Below, in pieces: positions 38,825-52,776 of a DNA stretch of 64,000 nt (position 1 is its first letter; each line of letters begins with the position of its first letter). Origin of the DNA: Batkoa obscura (lineage: Eukaryota); the NCBI GenBank assembly GCA_030770535.1, contig JASVEC010000024.1, positions 620,001-684,000 of the forward strand, read 5' to 3'. The translations under genes were made by a program, and so were the position numbers. The notes under the pieces were generated by a model. It had not been told where the DNA came from and did no database searches. It saw nothing but the letters and a program-made list of their open reading frames with translations.

Positions 38825-40528
38825 TTAAGTAATCCTAACATTTAACAATCTATTTCTATCATTCAACAAACTACTTACTTGCTTAGTAAATATCGAAATT
38901 TTTAAATTCTCTGTTATCTTCGTAAGGTAAGCTGGGATCGATCTTTTAATTTTTCTGTTTTCTATAGACTCTATAACTTTAATTGGGACTATATCGCTTT
39001 TTTTTGATGTATCAGATACTGGATAACAATGTAGTTTATTGTTATGTTTAATAAAGTGTAAATACTTCTTAATGCCCTGCATCTCTATTATTCTTTTTGT
39101 ATTTTTGTTTCTTTTATACTTTTTAAAAATTATATCTGTTTTCCCATTATTAACAGTCGAGTTATTAATTTTATTATGCTCACAAATAAAAGCCTCAAAT
39201 CTTGAAATTAATTGATCGATATCTTCTATTTTACCTAACGCTTCAAAACTACTTTTCCATTTTGAAAGGTTTCCAAAATGTCCATCAACTATACTTTTTC
39301 CATGATGCTCAGCAAAAAAATTAAGATTAACATTCAAACTACTATTTATTTTATGAATTTCTTTAAACATATAATGTAAGAACTCTTGGGATCTAAAATG
39401 ATTTCCTGTATCTGCCCATATATTAATTTTTGTAAACTTTTTAAATAGAAGCTCTGTAGAGATTAAATCGATTAAACAATCTCCTGCATATGCTGAATCA
39501 TGATTCAATATTTCAGATAAATAATCAAAGTAAACTTTGCCTATTGTTTTATCATCTTTTAAATATAATACACCAAAGCCTAATACTGATATAGCTTGTT
39601 TATTATAATGATCTAGATTTATTGAATCTGGTCTTGTCCCTATTTCCATATTTTGTTTAAAATCTAAAACTATTATACAACTTTTGTTATTTAATTTTTT
39701 GATAGTTTCATTAAATGTGTTTTTTTGAGTATCAACACAGAATTTATGTAATTTGTATAACTTTTCTTCTTCGTTGAAAATTTCTTCTATCTCTGTTTTG
39801 TTTTTTGCTGTATTTATTTTATTTTCAAATAACTTTTTCCTAACTGTATACTGGGTACATATATTACATAGATCCGTTTTTCTTGCTGGATTTTTGAAAT
39901 TACTTGGTATATATTTAAAGAACGTTGACCTAGCTACTGCTTTATCTCTTAGATCATTCAAATATTTACTATATATCATTCTTCTACTTTTATTTAATAT
40001 ATATATATTATCTGATGAATATTTACTATCGTTATTTTTTTTATTAAATCTTGATGAAATAGTTGAATCATTTAGTAAATATTGTATGATAGTTTCAATT
40101 TGGTCATCTTTAATTTTTTTTGTATTTTTAATAATAGGTTTTAATGTTGATATTTTATTATTATTACTTGTTTTTGAATAATCATATTGATTTCTATTTA
40201 TATTAAACCCAAAACTCTTACATTCATCAAAAGAATATACTGAAGCTATAGTTGATAATAACGCTACTTGCTGACTTTTGTTTCCTGTTTCCCTTAAAGC
40301 ACTAATTTTATACATTACTTGATTAAGTTTATTATTATCGATAGTAAACTTTGATAATATATCTTTTCTTTGTTTTGTTTTATTATAAAATTCCATGAAC
40401 CTTGGGTTGTTATAAGTAGCTTTTAAAATTGATGTAAATGAATTACAATGTTTATATTGTGTACTCCTCCCTATTGTATTGAAGTTTTCAAAAATTCCAT
40501 TTCGAAGTTTAGTTATGAAAGTTTGCAT
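38825..40528 (-). CDS. DDD transposase (Sola-like), intact 567 aa
   Basis: DLCNIC Cys motif; acidic triad candidates VLDFKQN, IWADTGNHF, FFAEHHGKSIVDGHFG; intronless, between TIRs. Confidence 0.85.
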   Translation of the reverse strand: MQTFITKLRNGIFENFNTIGRSTQYKHCNSFTSILKATYNNPRFMEFYNKTKQRKDILSKFTIDNNKLNQVMYKISALRETGNKSQQVALLSTIASVYSFDECKSFGFNINRNQYDYSKTSNNNKISTLKPIIKNTKKIKDDQIETIIQYLLNDSTISSRFNKKNNDSKYSSDNIYILNKSRRMIYSKYLNDLRDKAVARSTFFKYIPSNFKNPARKTDLCNICTQYTVRKKLFENKINTAKNKTEIEEIFNEEEKLYKLHKFCVDTQKNTFNETIKKLNNKSCIIVLDFKQNMEIGTRPDSINLDHYNKQAISVLGFGVLYLKDDKTIGKVYFDYLSEILNHDSAYAGDCLIDLISTELLFKKFTKINIWADTGNHFRSQEFLHYMFKEIHKINSSLNVNLNFFAEHHGKSIVDGHFGNLSKWKSSFEALGKIEDIDQLISRFEAFICEHNKINNSTVNNGKTDIIFKKYKRNKNTKRIIEMQGIKKYLHFIKHNNKLHCYPVSDTSKKSDIVPIKVIESIENRKIKRSIPAYLTKITENLKISIFTKQVSSLLNDRNRLLNVRIT

Positions 40529-41668
40529 TTTATTTTTATTTCAACAAAAAATAAAGTCAAATAAAGTCAAATAACTGTGTTTATATAATTATGTATTTAT
40601 ATAATTATATAATCATATAGTTATATATTATATATCTGTTAAATATCTAACAGAACTAACATAAAATATATAGTTAGGAAAATTAGCTATTTAAGAAAAG
40701 GAAACAATTAAAATAAGTTTTAAATAGAGACATTTAATTTTAGGCTTTTTAGATTTAACCGTTATATTGAACACAAACTTGGAATTTTAAATTTGGATTA
40801 ATTTCTAAGTAGATTCTGAAACCAATTAGGACAGCCCCATATATTTAAGGATTATTATAGTATTTTCAATGACCTATTATGTCACCTGAAATGGTATAAA
40901 TTAACAATTTTAAACCCACTTTAAACTAAATTATGCTCATTTCTAAATTAAACAAATTATAAACAAATGTTAAAATAAACTGTTTTATCAAAACTGCTAT
41001 ATAATTACAGTCGATCTTTATTACTTACCAACGGCTTTAAATCATTGAAATTTCAATGTTTGAATGTAATATATTTTAGTTACTAGGTCCAACTTTATCA
41101 TATAATCAAATAGTAGTCAATTGAGCGGAGTCATCTTTTTTATAACAATAAAACTTTAATGCAACTTAGTAGTAATTTGAGATTTTTACTGCTTTATTAG
41201 TATATAAATATACTAAACTTAATATTATATAATTGCTGAAATATATCTCTATTCTACAATAGATTCTTATTCTCTCAATTATTTGTCATTATATAAAATA
41301 ATAAATGATATTGATTTTAATTTTAGCTTTAAGTTGTTGACCTTAAAGTCACTTTTGAGATATTCCTTTAAATTTTGTCATTTTTCTGTTTTCTAAGTGC
41401 TATTAAGTGGAAAGAAGATCAGTATATTTCTTAAGTAAAAAAGACTTCATCATTTAATAAAATTTGATGTATTTGTTTTTAACTTTTACTTGTTTTTAAT
41501 TCTATATTGTAACCCAAGGCAAAAGCCATTGATTCGATTTTATTATAGTATTTTTAATAATTTGTTATAGCATTTCGAAGGTTTAAGTTATCACTTTAAA
41601 GTCGCTTTTAATTTTCATGTTTGTTTCTAAATTGAATTTGAAATTAAAGAATTTATAGATAAATATAT

Positions 41669-41766
41669 GGGGGTGTTTTTTTAGCTTCATTACTTTTTCC
41701 ATCTTTTAAGCACTATTTGAGCGGAAAAGTTGTTAGTAGAATTCTTAAACACAAAAATCCATTCCC
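41669..41766 (+). mobile_element. MITE copy with ATAT on both sides
   Basis: atat|gggggtgt...cattccc|atat. Confidence 0.88.
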
Positions 41767-42603
41767 ATATGTTAAAATAATAACATATTAATTAAAATCT
41801 CTATGGAATCATAACCACTATTTTTAGCATATTAATAGATCTAGTACATCAAAAGATCAATATTTTGTTCTCATGCGTTTAAATATTTGAGATTAAATTT
41901 TAATTTATCTAAATGATAGTTAAATATAATAAATCCTCTCTTTTCAAATAAAGCCCTTAATAAAACTTGTAAAAAGTGGAACATTTTTTACTGTTTGATT
42001 AATAAAAATACATCAATATCGGTATGGTATCTATCAATCTTGACGCTATCTAAAAAAATAGAATGCAGGTTAATTTTGTCATTTTACTTGAGACATTAGT
42101 TGACTATAGTTTGATTTTTATTAAAATAATTATTATAAAATTCCTTTTATATGTAAATAAATTAATTTTTATAGCTCAGGAAGTTTAAAATACATTACTT
42201 TATTACTAGAGTCTCATTTAAGATTCAAAAAATAAAACAAAATACTTTTTGATATCATTAAAATTGAACTAATATATTAATTAGGGCCCATTGAAAAGAA
42301 TTCTTGTATTGTATCTTGTTTATAAACTCCCTTCTACTTACCTGAAACTTGTGTTACTATTCCTTTCTCATTGTTTATTGTTACTTTTGATAAAGAACGA
42401 GATTTAGATTTTGTTCTTTTCGAGGTTCGATCCAAGAACAGTAACTAGGAGATAATGAAATATTATAATTTTTGATTAGAAAATAAACAAATATCGAAAT
42501 TGGGGCAAACCAAATTTTAATTTGAGCCAATTAAATATTTCAAATAATTTGACTTAATTATTCTTAAAATTCAAAGTTGGTAGTTTATCTTTTAATTAAA
42601 AAT

Positions 42604-43561
42604 ATGAGTGATAAGTAAGTACAAGTTTAAGCTTATATATAAACTAATTTAAGTAATAATTTTAACTCTAGCAAAAACCAAGATACCGTTACTTTCTTTC
42701 GTAAACGTAAAGAGCAACATAAATTAAAGGAAAGAGATGCTAAGATCCAATCAGCTAAAGCTAAGGTAATTTTTTTACATTTTATTTTAAATTTCAGCTC
42801 ATATCACTCTTCAATTCCAGTCTTCGAATGAAAAGAAAACTCGATTCCTTAGACCAGATCATTTTTTAAAAAATAGCTTAAAAAAAGCTAAAGAAGTACG
42901 TCGATTAAATCGTATAAAAAGACATAATATTTTACCCAAAGTACCATTAACTGGTAAAGTTTATTTAGTTATTCGTAACAAAACGTAAGTGTTTTTTTTA
43001 AAGTTTAAAAGACAATGAGGTATTAACAAGATTTTATTTAGTATTGGTGATATCCCAGTTACTGTTAAAAAAGCATTCAGTGAATTAAGATTAAGTAAAA
43101 TTAACACAGCTGTTTTTGTTGAAGCTACAAAAGAAAACATGGATAAAATTCAATTAATTAGTCCTTATGTGGTATTTGGGTAAGTCAGTAAAATTAACTT
43201 TTATTCAATTTTAACTAAAGTACAATTAAATAGTGAGCCCAACCTCAATTCCGTCAAAAGTTTAATATATAAACGTGGTTATACAGAGATCAATGATAAG
43301 CGAGTAGTATTAGATAACAATAATTTAGTAGAAGAAAAATTAGGGGAACAAGGGATAATTTGTATTGAAGATTTAGTTCATGAAATTTCCACTGTTGGCG
43401 ATAATTTTAATATTGTTTCCAACTTTTTAGCCCCATTTAGTTTTATCATTCCAAAAAATAGTGATAAAACTTTAAAAATGGTTAATTCAACTGTTATGGA
43501 TCGTACATCAGAACAAGAAAAAGCAGATATTATTAATCAATTAGTGGCTAAAATGAATTGA
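42604..43561 (+). CDS. uL30-family ribosome biogenesis protein (Rlp7/RPL7L1-like), 5 exons
   Basis: LRLSKINTAVFV, PYVVFGEPN, LIYKRG, GIICIEDLVHEI; too divergent and AT-biased for the true ribosomal L7; absent from ORF track. Confidence 0.85.
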
Positions 43562-44066
43562 GTGGATATTACATTATTATGCATACACTCAATAGATTTT
43601 ATGGCATTTTACTACTCCCTTTTTATTTCATATAGAATTAAATATTTTTCAAAATATTATTTGATAATAATTAGATTTGAAATATTTTACTAGAATAATT
43701 TTATTCTTTTATAGAATAGAATGTTTTAATTTTGTAAATAACTAATATTAATAATATAAATTTTAATCTAAAGTTTTAGTGTTTCATAATTTCAATTAAA
43801 ATATTTTAATATACAATAAATTTAAAACTCAAGAAATAATTTTTAATATAAAAAGATCAATTAAATTTGATAAGCTTTCATTAAAGTATAATTTTATTTT
43901 TCTACCTTTAAAATATTTAATAGCTAATAAACTGATGACCAATTGTAATAATCACAACTTTGGTAATTTTTATAAAACTAATATTAAATTCAATAATTTT
44001 CAACTTATTCAACATTGACTTTTTAATTTCAATCGTAACATTGTCGATTCGTACAATAAAAGTTAC

Positions 44067-47000
44067 TTACAACATTAATTCAGCTTGAACCTCAATACAA
44101 TTGCAACCACAACCCGCTGGACAGGCTGCATTTTCGCCTTCAAAATTAGTATCGAACCATTCTTTCATATGATTCATATGTCCACCATGACCACAAATAT
44201 TACAAAATGAAGAGATACCTTTTTTATATATAAAAGAATTAACATGGAATTAGAATTTAATAATAAAACTTTATTACCTTTGACAAAAGTTTGACAAATT
44301 GTGCATTTTGGATACATTCGATGTTGATAGCATTTTTTACAATATCTTTTTATTACATTTTCTTTATTCCCATTATTATTGTTATTCCCTAATGATGGTG
44401 AATTCAACCCATTTTCAAACTCTAAAGGAGATAAACAATGATAACAAGTAGGGTGAATTTCTAATCCAATATGATTTTTATCCTGCTTCAATATCTCTGA
44501 ATTCTTTAATAATTCTGCTCTTTGATCTAATAATCCCCATTTGTATAATATTTCAGCATATAATGCTCTATAAAAATTAAACTTCAATTGTTCTTCTATT
44601 GAAAATAATGAGTTCAGTTGTTTATTCTCTTTCATTTCCTTTTCTTCTTGATTCATTAATAACGAATTATTCCCACTTTGTTTACTTAATGTATTAAAGC
44701 TTAACATTGTTTCTCTTGAATGTGTGGTACTAAAACTACCTGGTCCTTCAAATGTATCTTTATTAAATTTACCAGTATCTTCCATTTTTAATCCACCATT
44801 GGGATCATAAGCATGTAATTCCATACTATGTCGACCTAAACTACCATACAAACTCGATTTATAATTCATATCTAAAGAACTACCAAATAGATGAGAGCTA
44901 GTTCTTGAATGAGATTCATTATCATTTTCTCGTAAGAATTTTATTGGATGAGTGGATGTAGGTGACATGGAATATAGACCTAAATTAGTAGGTAGAATTG
45001 GGGTTGTTTTTACTAAACAAGAATATTAGATTAAACTATTTTTACTAATTAAGTTAATAAAATAACTTACAAGCAGGAGAAATAGGTTTGTTAATATCAG
45101 TATTAACTGGTTTTGGTGGTAATCTTCTTGGAGATGCAATTTCTTTTTGATAAAATGAATTATTTTTTATTGTTGAATTAGTTTGTAATAATGGATTTTG
45201 TAATAAAATAGGTGATTTTCGATCATTAATAGAATTTTTATGAAATAATCGACTTGCTGGTCGACTCAATGTTATTGGACTAAAGTAGTCTTTAGGTATT
45301 TCAGATGTTAAACTGTATGATATTGGATCATGATTCAACTAAACAAATAAATTAAACTAAATTAAATTAAATTAAATTAAATTAAATTAAATTTTACTTT
45401 TGAAATTGCATTAATTTCATTAGGTGCTTCAATACTAGATAAAGAATCAAAAATTGTTGCTAATATTCCCAATGTTTGTATATCATTTATTAATTCATAA
45501 TAATTAAATCTAAATCAATAATAATATAAATAACATAAATAATATAAATAATATAAATAATATAAATAATATAAATAATATAAATAATATAAATAATATA
45601 AATAATATAAATAATATAAATAGTATAAATAATATAAATAATATAAATAATATAAATAATATAAATAATATAATAAACTTACAAATTTAAAACTAATTTT
45701 TTACCAAATGGATGAGAACCCCAGATCATTAAATTTTGATTATATTCCGTTAATATATATTTAGTACAATCTGATAATCTTTTTTCATCATAATTTAAAT
45801 TTATAGTCTCATTTCTATTTTTTAATTTTGGTGGTTTGAATAAAAAAATTAAATTTAACAATTTCCATAATTTAGATAAATCTTTTCTTCCTTTCATTTT
45901 AGCTATTTTTCTATTGTGATTTAAAATATGAGATAGTGATTTACCAAATATTTTATAATTATAAGCTAATTCAAAATCCGGATATATAAAATTAGTTATA
46001 TTTCTAATATGAATCTGTTTACTATGATTTTTTTTCATTGAAACTTTAGATCCACCCAAATTATCCGATACATTCGTAAGTAAATTTTTTTGATTTTTTT
46101 GGTTTTTTTGTAATTGCAATGAAGTATTATTATGAGCATTTGGTCGATAATATAAAGAAGATACAATAAACAATTCATCTGGATCATCTGGATCATCTGA
46201 TGTTGATAATATATCTTCCATTTTATTTCTAGTTAAATATTGATAATTATTTGAAGAAGCTAATCTAAACATTTTTAAAGATTCATATGATCTTGGATGA
46301 ATATGATAAGATGAAAATAAATTATTATTATTATTATTACTATTGTTATTATTATTATGTAACATTGACTCAGTTGAAAAAAATAAAATTAATTGATCAT
46401 TATTGCCAAATATACCTGAACACATTCTAGGAAATGGAATATTTTGATCTTCTAATTCTAACGCTGATACTAATTCTCTTGTATTTGATAATTTATTTGC
46501 TTTATGATAAGTTTGGTTTTCTTCATCTGAGTTGTCTGAATAAGATTTATTATTGTTATTACCATTATTATTATTATTATTATTAGATAAATCATAAGGC
46601 GGTTTTTCACCCAACATAAAGCTAATACATGGAAATAAACAATGCAAATTTTTAGATACATGAGCTTTGGATATGTTTTGTAATGAATTTAATATAAATC
46701 CTCGATCTGCCATTGAAACGATACCTTGTTTTGATAACTCAAATATTGGATAATTTTGATTAGGATAATCAATTGGAAAATCGATATTTAATCGAATATT
46801 AATTAAATTTCCTCCTTTTTGCAATAATACTGGTAATCCTAATGTACAACTTCTTCCTGGCACATCAATTCTTTCAAATTCAACTCCTTGATTTTTAAAT
46901 TGTTGTTTCATTATAGCAAATTCCTCCATCAAACTTTTAATTGTCCATCCTTTATAATAAGATGCTAAATTATCGGATGGGTTTTTACTATAACCTTTTA

Positions 47001-49006
47001 CAGCTTTAATCCATGAATTAACGAAATTACTTGTCATTATTTCAGTTCGTATTTCTTTTTGTGGTTGTAAGTTGGTTGGTAAAGGTAACATTGTATTACG
47101 ATGTAAGGGTGATGTAGATATTATATTATTTGAATTAGGTGGTGATGAATTGATAAAAGATAAATTATCTTTAGATGATTTATTGCTACTCCATGCTGTA
47201 TTAATATTTATACAATTTGTTTGTGGTGAGGTTGTACTATGTCTCGGTGTGCGATAAGATATCCCTTTTTCTGTAGACGATTTACTATCAGGTGTTAATT
47301 TACGCGGTAAACTACCAACTGCCTGTAATAATAATATTAAATATATTCAAATATTAAAGTAATATTTACCCTTAGTTGAGATTCGCCAATTGGCCAAAGT
47401 CGAAGCTGACGATCTAATGAAAAGGTCACCAATTGAAATTCCCTATCATCTATAATAATAATTAAATATAAGTTATTTGTTTATTTAATTCAAACTTTAC
47501 CTTCCAAATTAAAAGTTTCGTTATTACCCCTAATACGCCATAAAAATTCTCTAACAATACCAGTATGACCTTTATACTGAAACACAGGTGCTTCTGGTTT
47601 TTCTTTGTCCCATAAATATAAATCATTTTCACATCGTAATGGTATACTAATTATTCCTCTACCAAAGGGCTATAATTTTTAAAAATAAATAAATATCAAA
47701 TAAACAAAATTTAATATAATAAACAATAAATAAATAACATATAATAAATAACATATAATAAATAACACATAATAAATAATAAATAATAAATAATAAAAAT
47801 ATTACTGTGTAACGTGCTTTACCAATTGGAAATGTAGTATTAATTTGACCTTTTGGTTCACTTAAATTTTCAATATCCCAAAACTAAAATTAAATTATTA
47901 TTTAATATTAAAATTATTTTATTAATAATATTATTCTCTACTTTTATTGTTTTATCATAACTGCAAGTTAATAGTTCATTTTCAGTTGCTCTGCTCCAGT
48001 TAATATTAGCAATTTTTTTATCATGGACTTGGATAGAATGCAAGGGCGTAGAACCTTTCTAAAATCGATAAATAAATAAAAAAATCAATATAGAAAAAAG
48101 TGGAATTTTTAATTGAAACTTACTCTAGTATCCCAAATTTTTAAAATAGTTTCTTGAGCCGTAGCTAATAAATAATCTTTATGTGGATGAAAATCAATTT
48201 GAGATATTGATAAATCCCAATTAATTAATGTTTGTGCAGCTTTATTGACATCTTGTCTTAAATCCCAAATTTTAACGGAAGTATCTAAAGATGCTGTACC
48301 CAGTATTTCGGGATGTATATTATTCCAATTGACATCACTAATAGCTCTATCATGTCCTGATACTATAAATTCTACTGAATTTAATTTGGGACGCAACAAA
48401 TTCCATATTAAACATTTTTGATTGAACTAAATAAAATATTGTGATTTAATTATGCTGGTTTTCTAAGCGTAAATTTAAATAAAAATTACTGTTGTTGCAA
48501 TCCAAGTTTCCCTTGTATGATGAGGGTTCCATTGTGCTTCTGCTACTTCCCATCGAGAAAAATAAGGTAATGCTCGAGGCGGATCAAAAGGATTCTCAAG
48601 ATCAATAATTAATAAACCATTTCGACTAGTATTAAAAAAATCATTAATTTACATTATACATAGAAATATACATAGAATAATATATAGAATGTAATAATCC
48701 AATTAAAATAGCTTGAAATTACCTAGCCAAAACAATATCTCTTTTTAAGGGAGAAATAGACATTGCTGCAATTGGTTCATCAATTTTAATATTTAATTGT
48801 TGATAAAAAGAAGTATCTAAATTCGTTTCAAAATAACTTTTCTTTTCTTCATGTTTTGGAGGTGTTTCTAAAGTTTCAAGATTATTTTTTTCATAAGATG
48901 GAGATTCTAATTCCAATGAATTCTTTTTTTTTTCGATGGTATCATTAATATCATTGATTGTTATTGAAGGTAATACAGGAGTTATTGAGGCACTTTCATC
49001 ACTCAT
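44067..49006 (-). CDS. MTC5: SEA/GATOR2 subunit Mtc5/Sea3 (WDR59), multi-exon
   Basis: N-terminal WD40 (GHDRAISDVNW, ARYTPFG), RWD-like FPIDYP, PFPRMCSG, HPFG, YAEILYKWGL, C-terminal RING ending CPAGCGCNC. Confidence 0.9.
45520..45676. repeat. Tandem 9-mer (TAATATAAA)n in an MTC5 intron
   Basis: Direct reading, about 17 units. Confidence 0.9.
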
Positions 49007-49213
49007 AATTAAATTAAATACAAAATGGTAATCTTTTTATTTAGCTGTGACTTAAATTGAATTCTGTAAACAAAATGAAGTCAATTAATTTTATTACTTG
49101 AACTTTATTGGCTAATGAAAATCAATTCTAACAAATAAGTTGAAGTAATTTAAAAGTAAATCAGATAGATAAATTTTAGAGGGAGAGCATTATCAATTAC
49201 TTTATTAAAAGAG

Positions 49214-51320
49214 ATGAATCCCAACACCGATATGAATACAAATGAAACTGAGAATGAAGAAATACAAACCTTAACACGAGTCCAAGAATTATTGCAAAAA
49301 GGGGGAATAATGTTACCTTCGTCAGCGGTTAAACCACCGTTGAAAGATAATCTTAAAGAATCTTCACCAGAATCCACATTACCTCAATATTGGTATCCAT
49401 TAGGAGCAGGTATTACACAAAAAATGGAACCAATGGATATAACTTCGGAAGGTACTATCTATTTGAGAGAAAGACCAAGTATTAGAGATAAAGCCGATGA
49501 AACTATTGGTAGGATATGGGAAGAAAGTAGTATTAGTTTTGATAAGTTAACTAAAGATAACTTTATAAATAAATTTACTGAAAATGGAGATACTAAGTCG
49601 GATGTAGATGTAGTTGAAGAAGAAGAAGAAGAAGAAGAAGAAGAAGAATTTACTACAGATAAATTTTTGGAAACTATTACTATGATGAAAAGACGTTTAT
49701 TGTAAGCTATCATTATTTTAATAATTGATTTTAAATTTTGAAAAGGTTTTTACTAAAAATAATAAACTGATATTAAAATGAATTAATTAATTTAGAGAAT
49801 GCAAACAAGAAGCAGGAATAACGTATGATATGGTGAATTTGCTAAAAAATAACCCCACTACAAACCCCCAACTAAGTTTAGAAGATTTAATAAAAAGGGG
49901 AGAAACTTCTAAAAACCCAATGCCATTAGCACCAAATGCATTAGATTATTCTTTTGGTGCGTTAGAAGAACCAAGTTTAAAAAGGAAGATTGGGGATTCT
50001 AAATTAAATTTAGCTGCTAAGAGAAGCCAAATTGTTAACTCAGTGGAATTACTAAAACAAGGGGAACAAAGGTTGAAGTTAATGATTGATAGTGAAGCGT
50101 TATTTTGGTCCAAGATGTTTAAATTGAAACCTTTAGGCTGGGTTATTCAATCTACTCTTCAGAGGTTAGATAGTAATTTAAAACCATTTACAGTAAATTA
50201 CGGATATAGAGATGGTATTATTATATTCTGTTTTTATAATAATAAATTTTAACTGAAACCAATTTATTTTAGCTGGTTCAACCTTCAATGTGAATACAGT
50301 AGCTGAATTAACACATGATATTAATGAAGCTGGAGCCGTATCCGTTCGGCCTTTTCTTGAACATCAAATACCAAAAACAGTGATTTTACAATTAATTGGA
50401 GAAAACTACTCTTCCTTAAAAGATAAGATAGATAGTAATTTTATTATACCATTTCAACATCCGTTAGAGCCCTTACCGAATGATTGGGACATGGATTTAG
50501 CAGTGTTAAAAATTCATCGTACATTGCAATTGGCTCGTAGCACTTGTTTAGATTTAGAATTATTTCATCATTTAACTAAAGAAGCAAGAGATTTGGAATC
50601 TGTTATTAAAACTACAGATGATTTAATTTTAATTCGTATCAATGATCAGGTAGATTTAGCTATTAGGTATGTACCTTTACCTAAAAGTTACATAGATGAG
50701 TTAAATCAAACTATTCATATTAAAAATGGAAATTTAAATACAGCAGATGTTTGTCAAAAAATCAAAGTGACCATGTATTCTCAATTGAGAATCATTCATC
50801 AAAATCGGTTAATTCAAAGAAAAAATAAACTAATGAAAAACATTGTTTATGATAATGAACCACCATTAGAAGAGATTAAGTAAGTGTTTTATTTATTCAT
50901 TATATTTATTTAAAATATTTTTAAAATAGAAAATTTGAAAAAGTATCCCCAATATTATCCACCAATATAGATTTATGTAAATATCATTTTTTCCTACGAA
51001 GAATGTGGAAAGAAACCATTAAAGCATTGAGTGAAATCAACCTACCAGAACTTCCAACCAAAGCTGAAATACCACGGATTGAAGCTGATTTAGCACTTCA
51101 ACCAGGTGCTCAATTAGGTTGTTTTACAACTAGTCATTATATTACTATTGTTGTACTTGGAGCTCATATTATTCAATTTCATTTATCAGCCCCAAATAAG
51201 TTAGTGGCTCATTTATACTCCGGAGATATTGAAATGGATATTGAAATGGATTGGTTTAAAATTTTGATCAAAAATGAAGTTTTAAAAATTTTAAAAGTAC
51301 ATGATATGATCGAGGTATAG
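49214..51320 (+). CDS. MED17: Mediator subunit Med17 (Srb4)-like, 4 exons
   Basis: Helical N-terminus, E..FWSKM..L...GW, VNYGYRDAGSTF, LQLARSTCLDLELFHHL.KEA pattern typical of fungal Med17. Confidence 0.75.
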
Positions 51321-51713
51321 AGTTGAAGAAAGTGTTGTGAAATTATTCAAGGTAAGTGAAGGTGTTTTGAAAAAAAATTGAAGGTTAAGATGTTATTGTT
51401 GATGGATTTAATAAAATAGTAATGTTAATAAATTTTCAAATCGTTTTTTAATAGTATTTTATAAACACCTTTTTATAGATGAGAGTTATCTTTTTTATGA
51501 AAACTTATTCGATTATTAGCATTTCCAGAAATTAAAAAATTTCTTTAGTTAAAATAGTAATATTTATAAGATTAAAATAAAATTCAAAATAAAATACTAA
51601 AAACATCTTATAAACATTCTAACTATTTTAAAAGAACAGTAAGTTTGTGGCTTAAAACTGTCTACTTTTTCTATAAAAAAACCCAAAAACTTCATTCCCA
51701 AAAACCAACAAAT

Positions 51714-52776
51714 ATGTTTGCAAAAATTGGAAGCTTCCTATTAATAGTCCTCCTCGCCATTCTTTTTCGTAATAATTTTTCAATTAATTATAATATGACA
51801 AGTACTTTATTACCTTCCATCATTCGACAAGCTACCAAATCTCATACAGCTTCTGTAATTTTCCTTCATGGTTTAGGAGATAGTGGAAATGGCTGGTAAG
51901 TTTGAAAATGAAATCAATTAAAAATTATAAAATTTAACAACCAATCTTCTCATTAGGGCACCAGTAGCAGATCAAATTAAAGCTCAATTCCCACACATTA
52001 AATTTATATTTCCTAATGCGTAAGTTTTGATATTATTCTATTATTTAAAAAGAGAAACATTTTATTTATTACATTCTCAACTCAGTCCTAACCAACCAGT
52101 AACTTTAAATGGAGGTATGTCCATGCCTTCCTGGTATGATATTACTTCTTTAAGTGATTTAGAAGAGCATCAGGATAAAGCTGGTATGTTAGCTTCGGTA
52201 CAAAAAGGTAAAATTATTTTATATTATTCAATAACTATATGCATGTTCATACAATTTTTTATCTTAAAGTTAATAAACTTATTCAAAATGAAATTGATAT
52301 TGGTATTAATCCAAATAGAATCGTAATTGGTGGATTTTCTCAAGGTAATTAGCCACAATTATAGTATTTTCAAAAAGAATGATGGATTTTTAAAATTTAA
52401 TTAGGTTGTGTTGTCAGCTTGTTAACTGCCCTTACTTCCGAATACCAATTTGCTGGTGTTGTTAGTTTTAGTGGTTATCTACCAATAGTTAAACAAGTAT
52501 TTAATATGGCTACTGATAGTTCTAAAAAAGCACCCATCTTGTGGTGTCATGGAGAACAAGATGAAGTAATATGGATTATTTAATTTCGAATAAAATAACA
52601 AACTCTATTTTTAGGTAGTAAACTATAAATATGGATTACTCAGTAAAGAAGCCTTGACAAAGAATAAATACAATGTGGAATTTCATTCTTTCCCTAATAT
52701 GGGACATTCTGCTTGTCAAGAAGAAATCATGATCTTAACTCAGTTTTTAAGGCGTGTTGTACCAGAGAATATTTAG
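51714..52776 (+). CDS. Acyl-protein thioesterase 1 / lysophospholipase, multi-exon
   Basis: FLHGLGDSG, VTLNGGMSMPSWYDI, GGFSQG, HGEQDEVV, MGHS. Confidence 0.93.

Larger units (their letters stand above)
38375..40838 (-). mobile_element. Complete DNA transposon, Sola2-like, 2464 bp
   Basis: Imperfect 22-bp TIRs GGGGTTGTCTGAATTAGTTTCA / TGAAACCAATTAGGACAGCCCC; ATAT at 38371-74 and 40839-42; single internal transposase ORF. Confidence 0.88.

Noticed and set aside
2060..40838. Fanzor/TnpB-type RNA-guided nuclease associated with either transposon
   Set aside because: No RuvC-like motifs or second ORF seen in or beside either element
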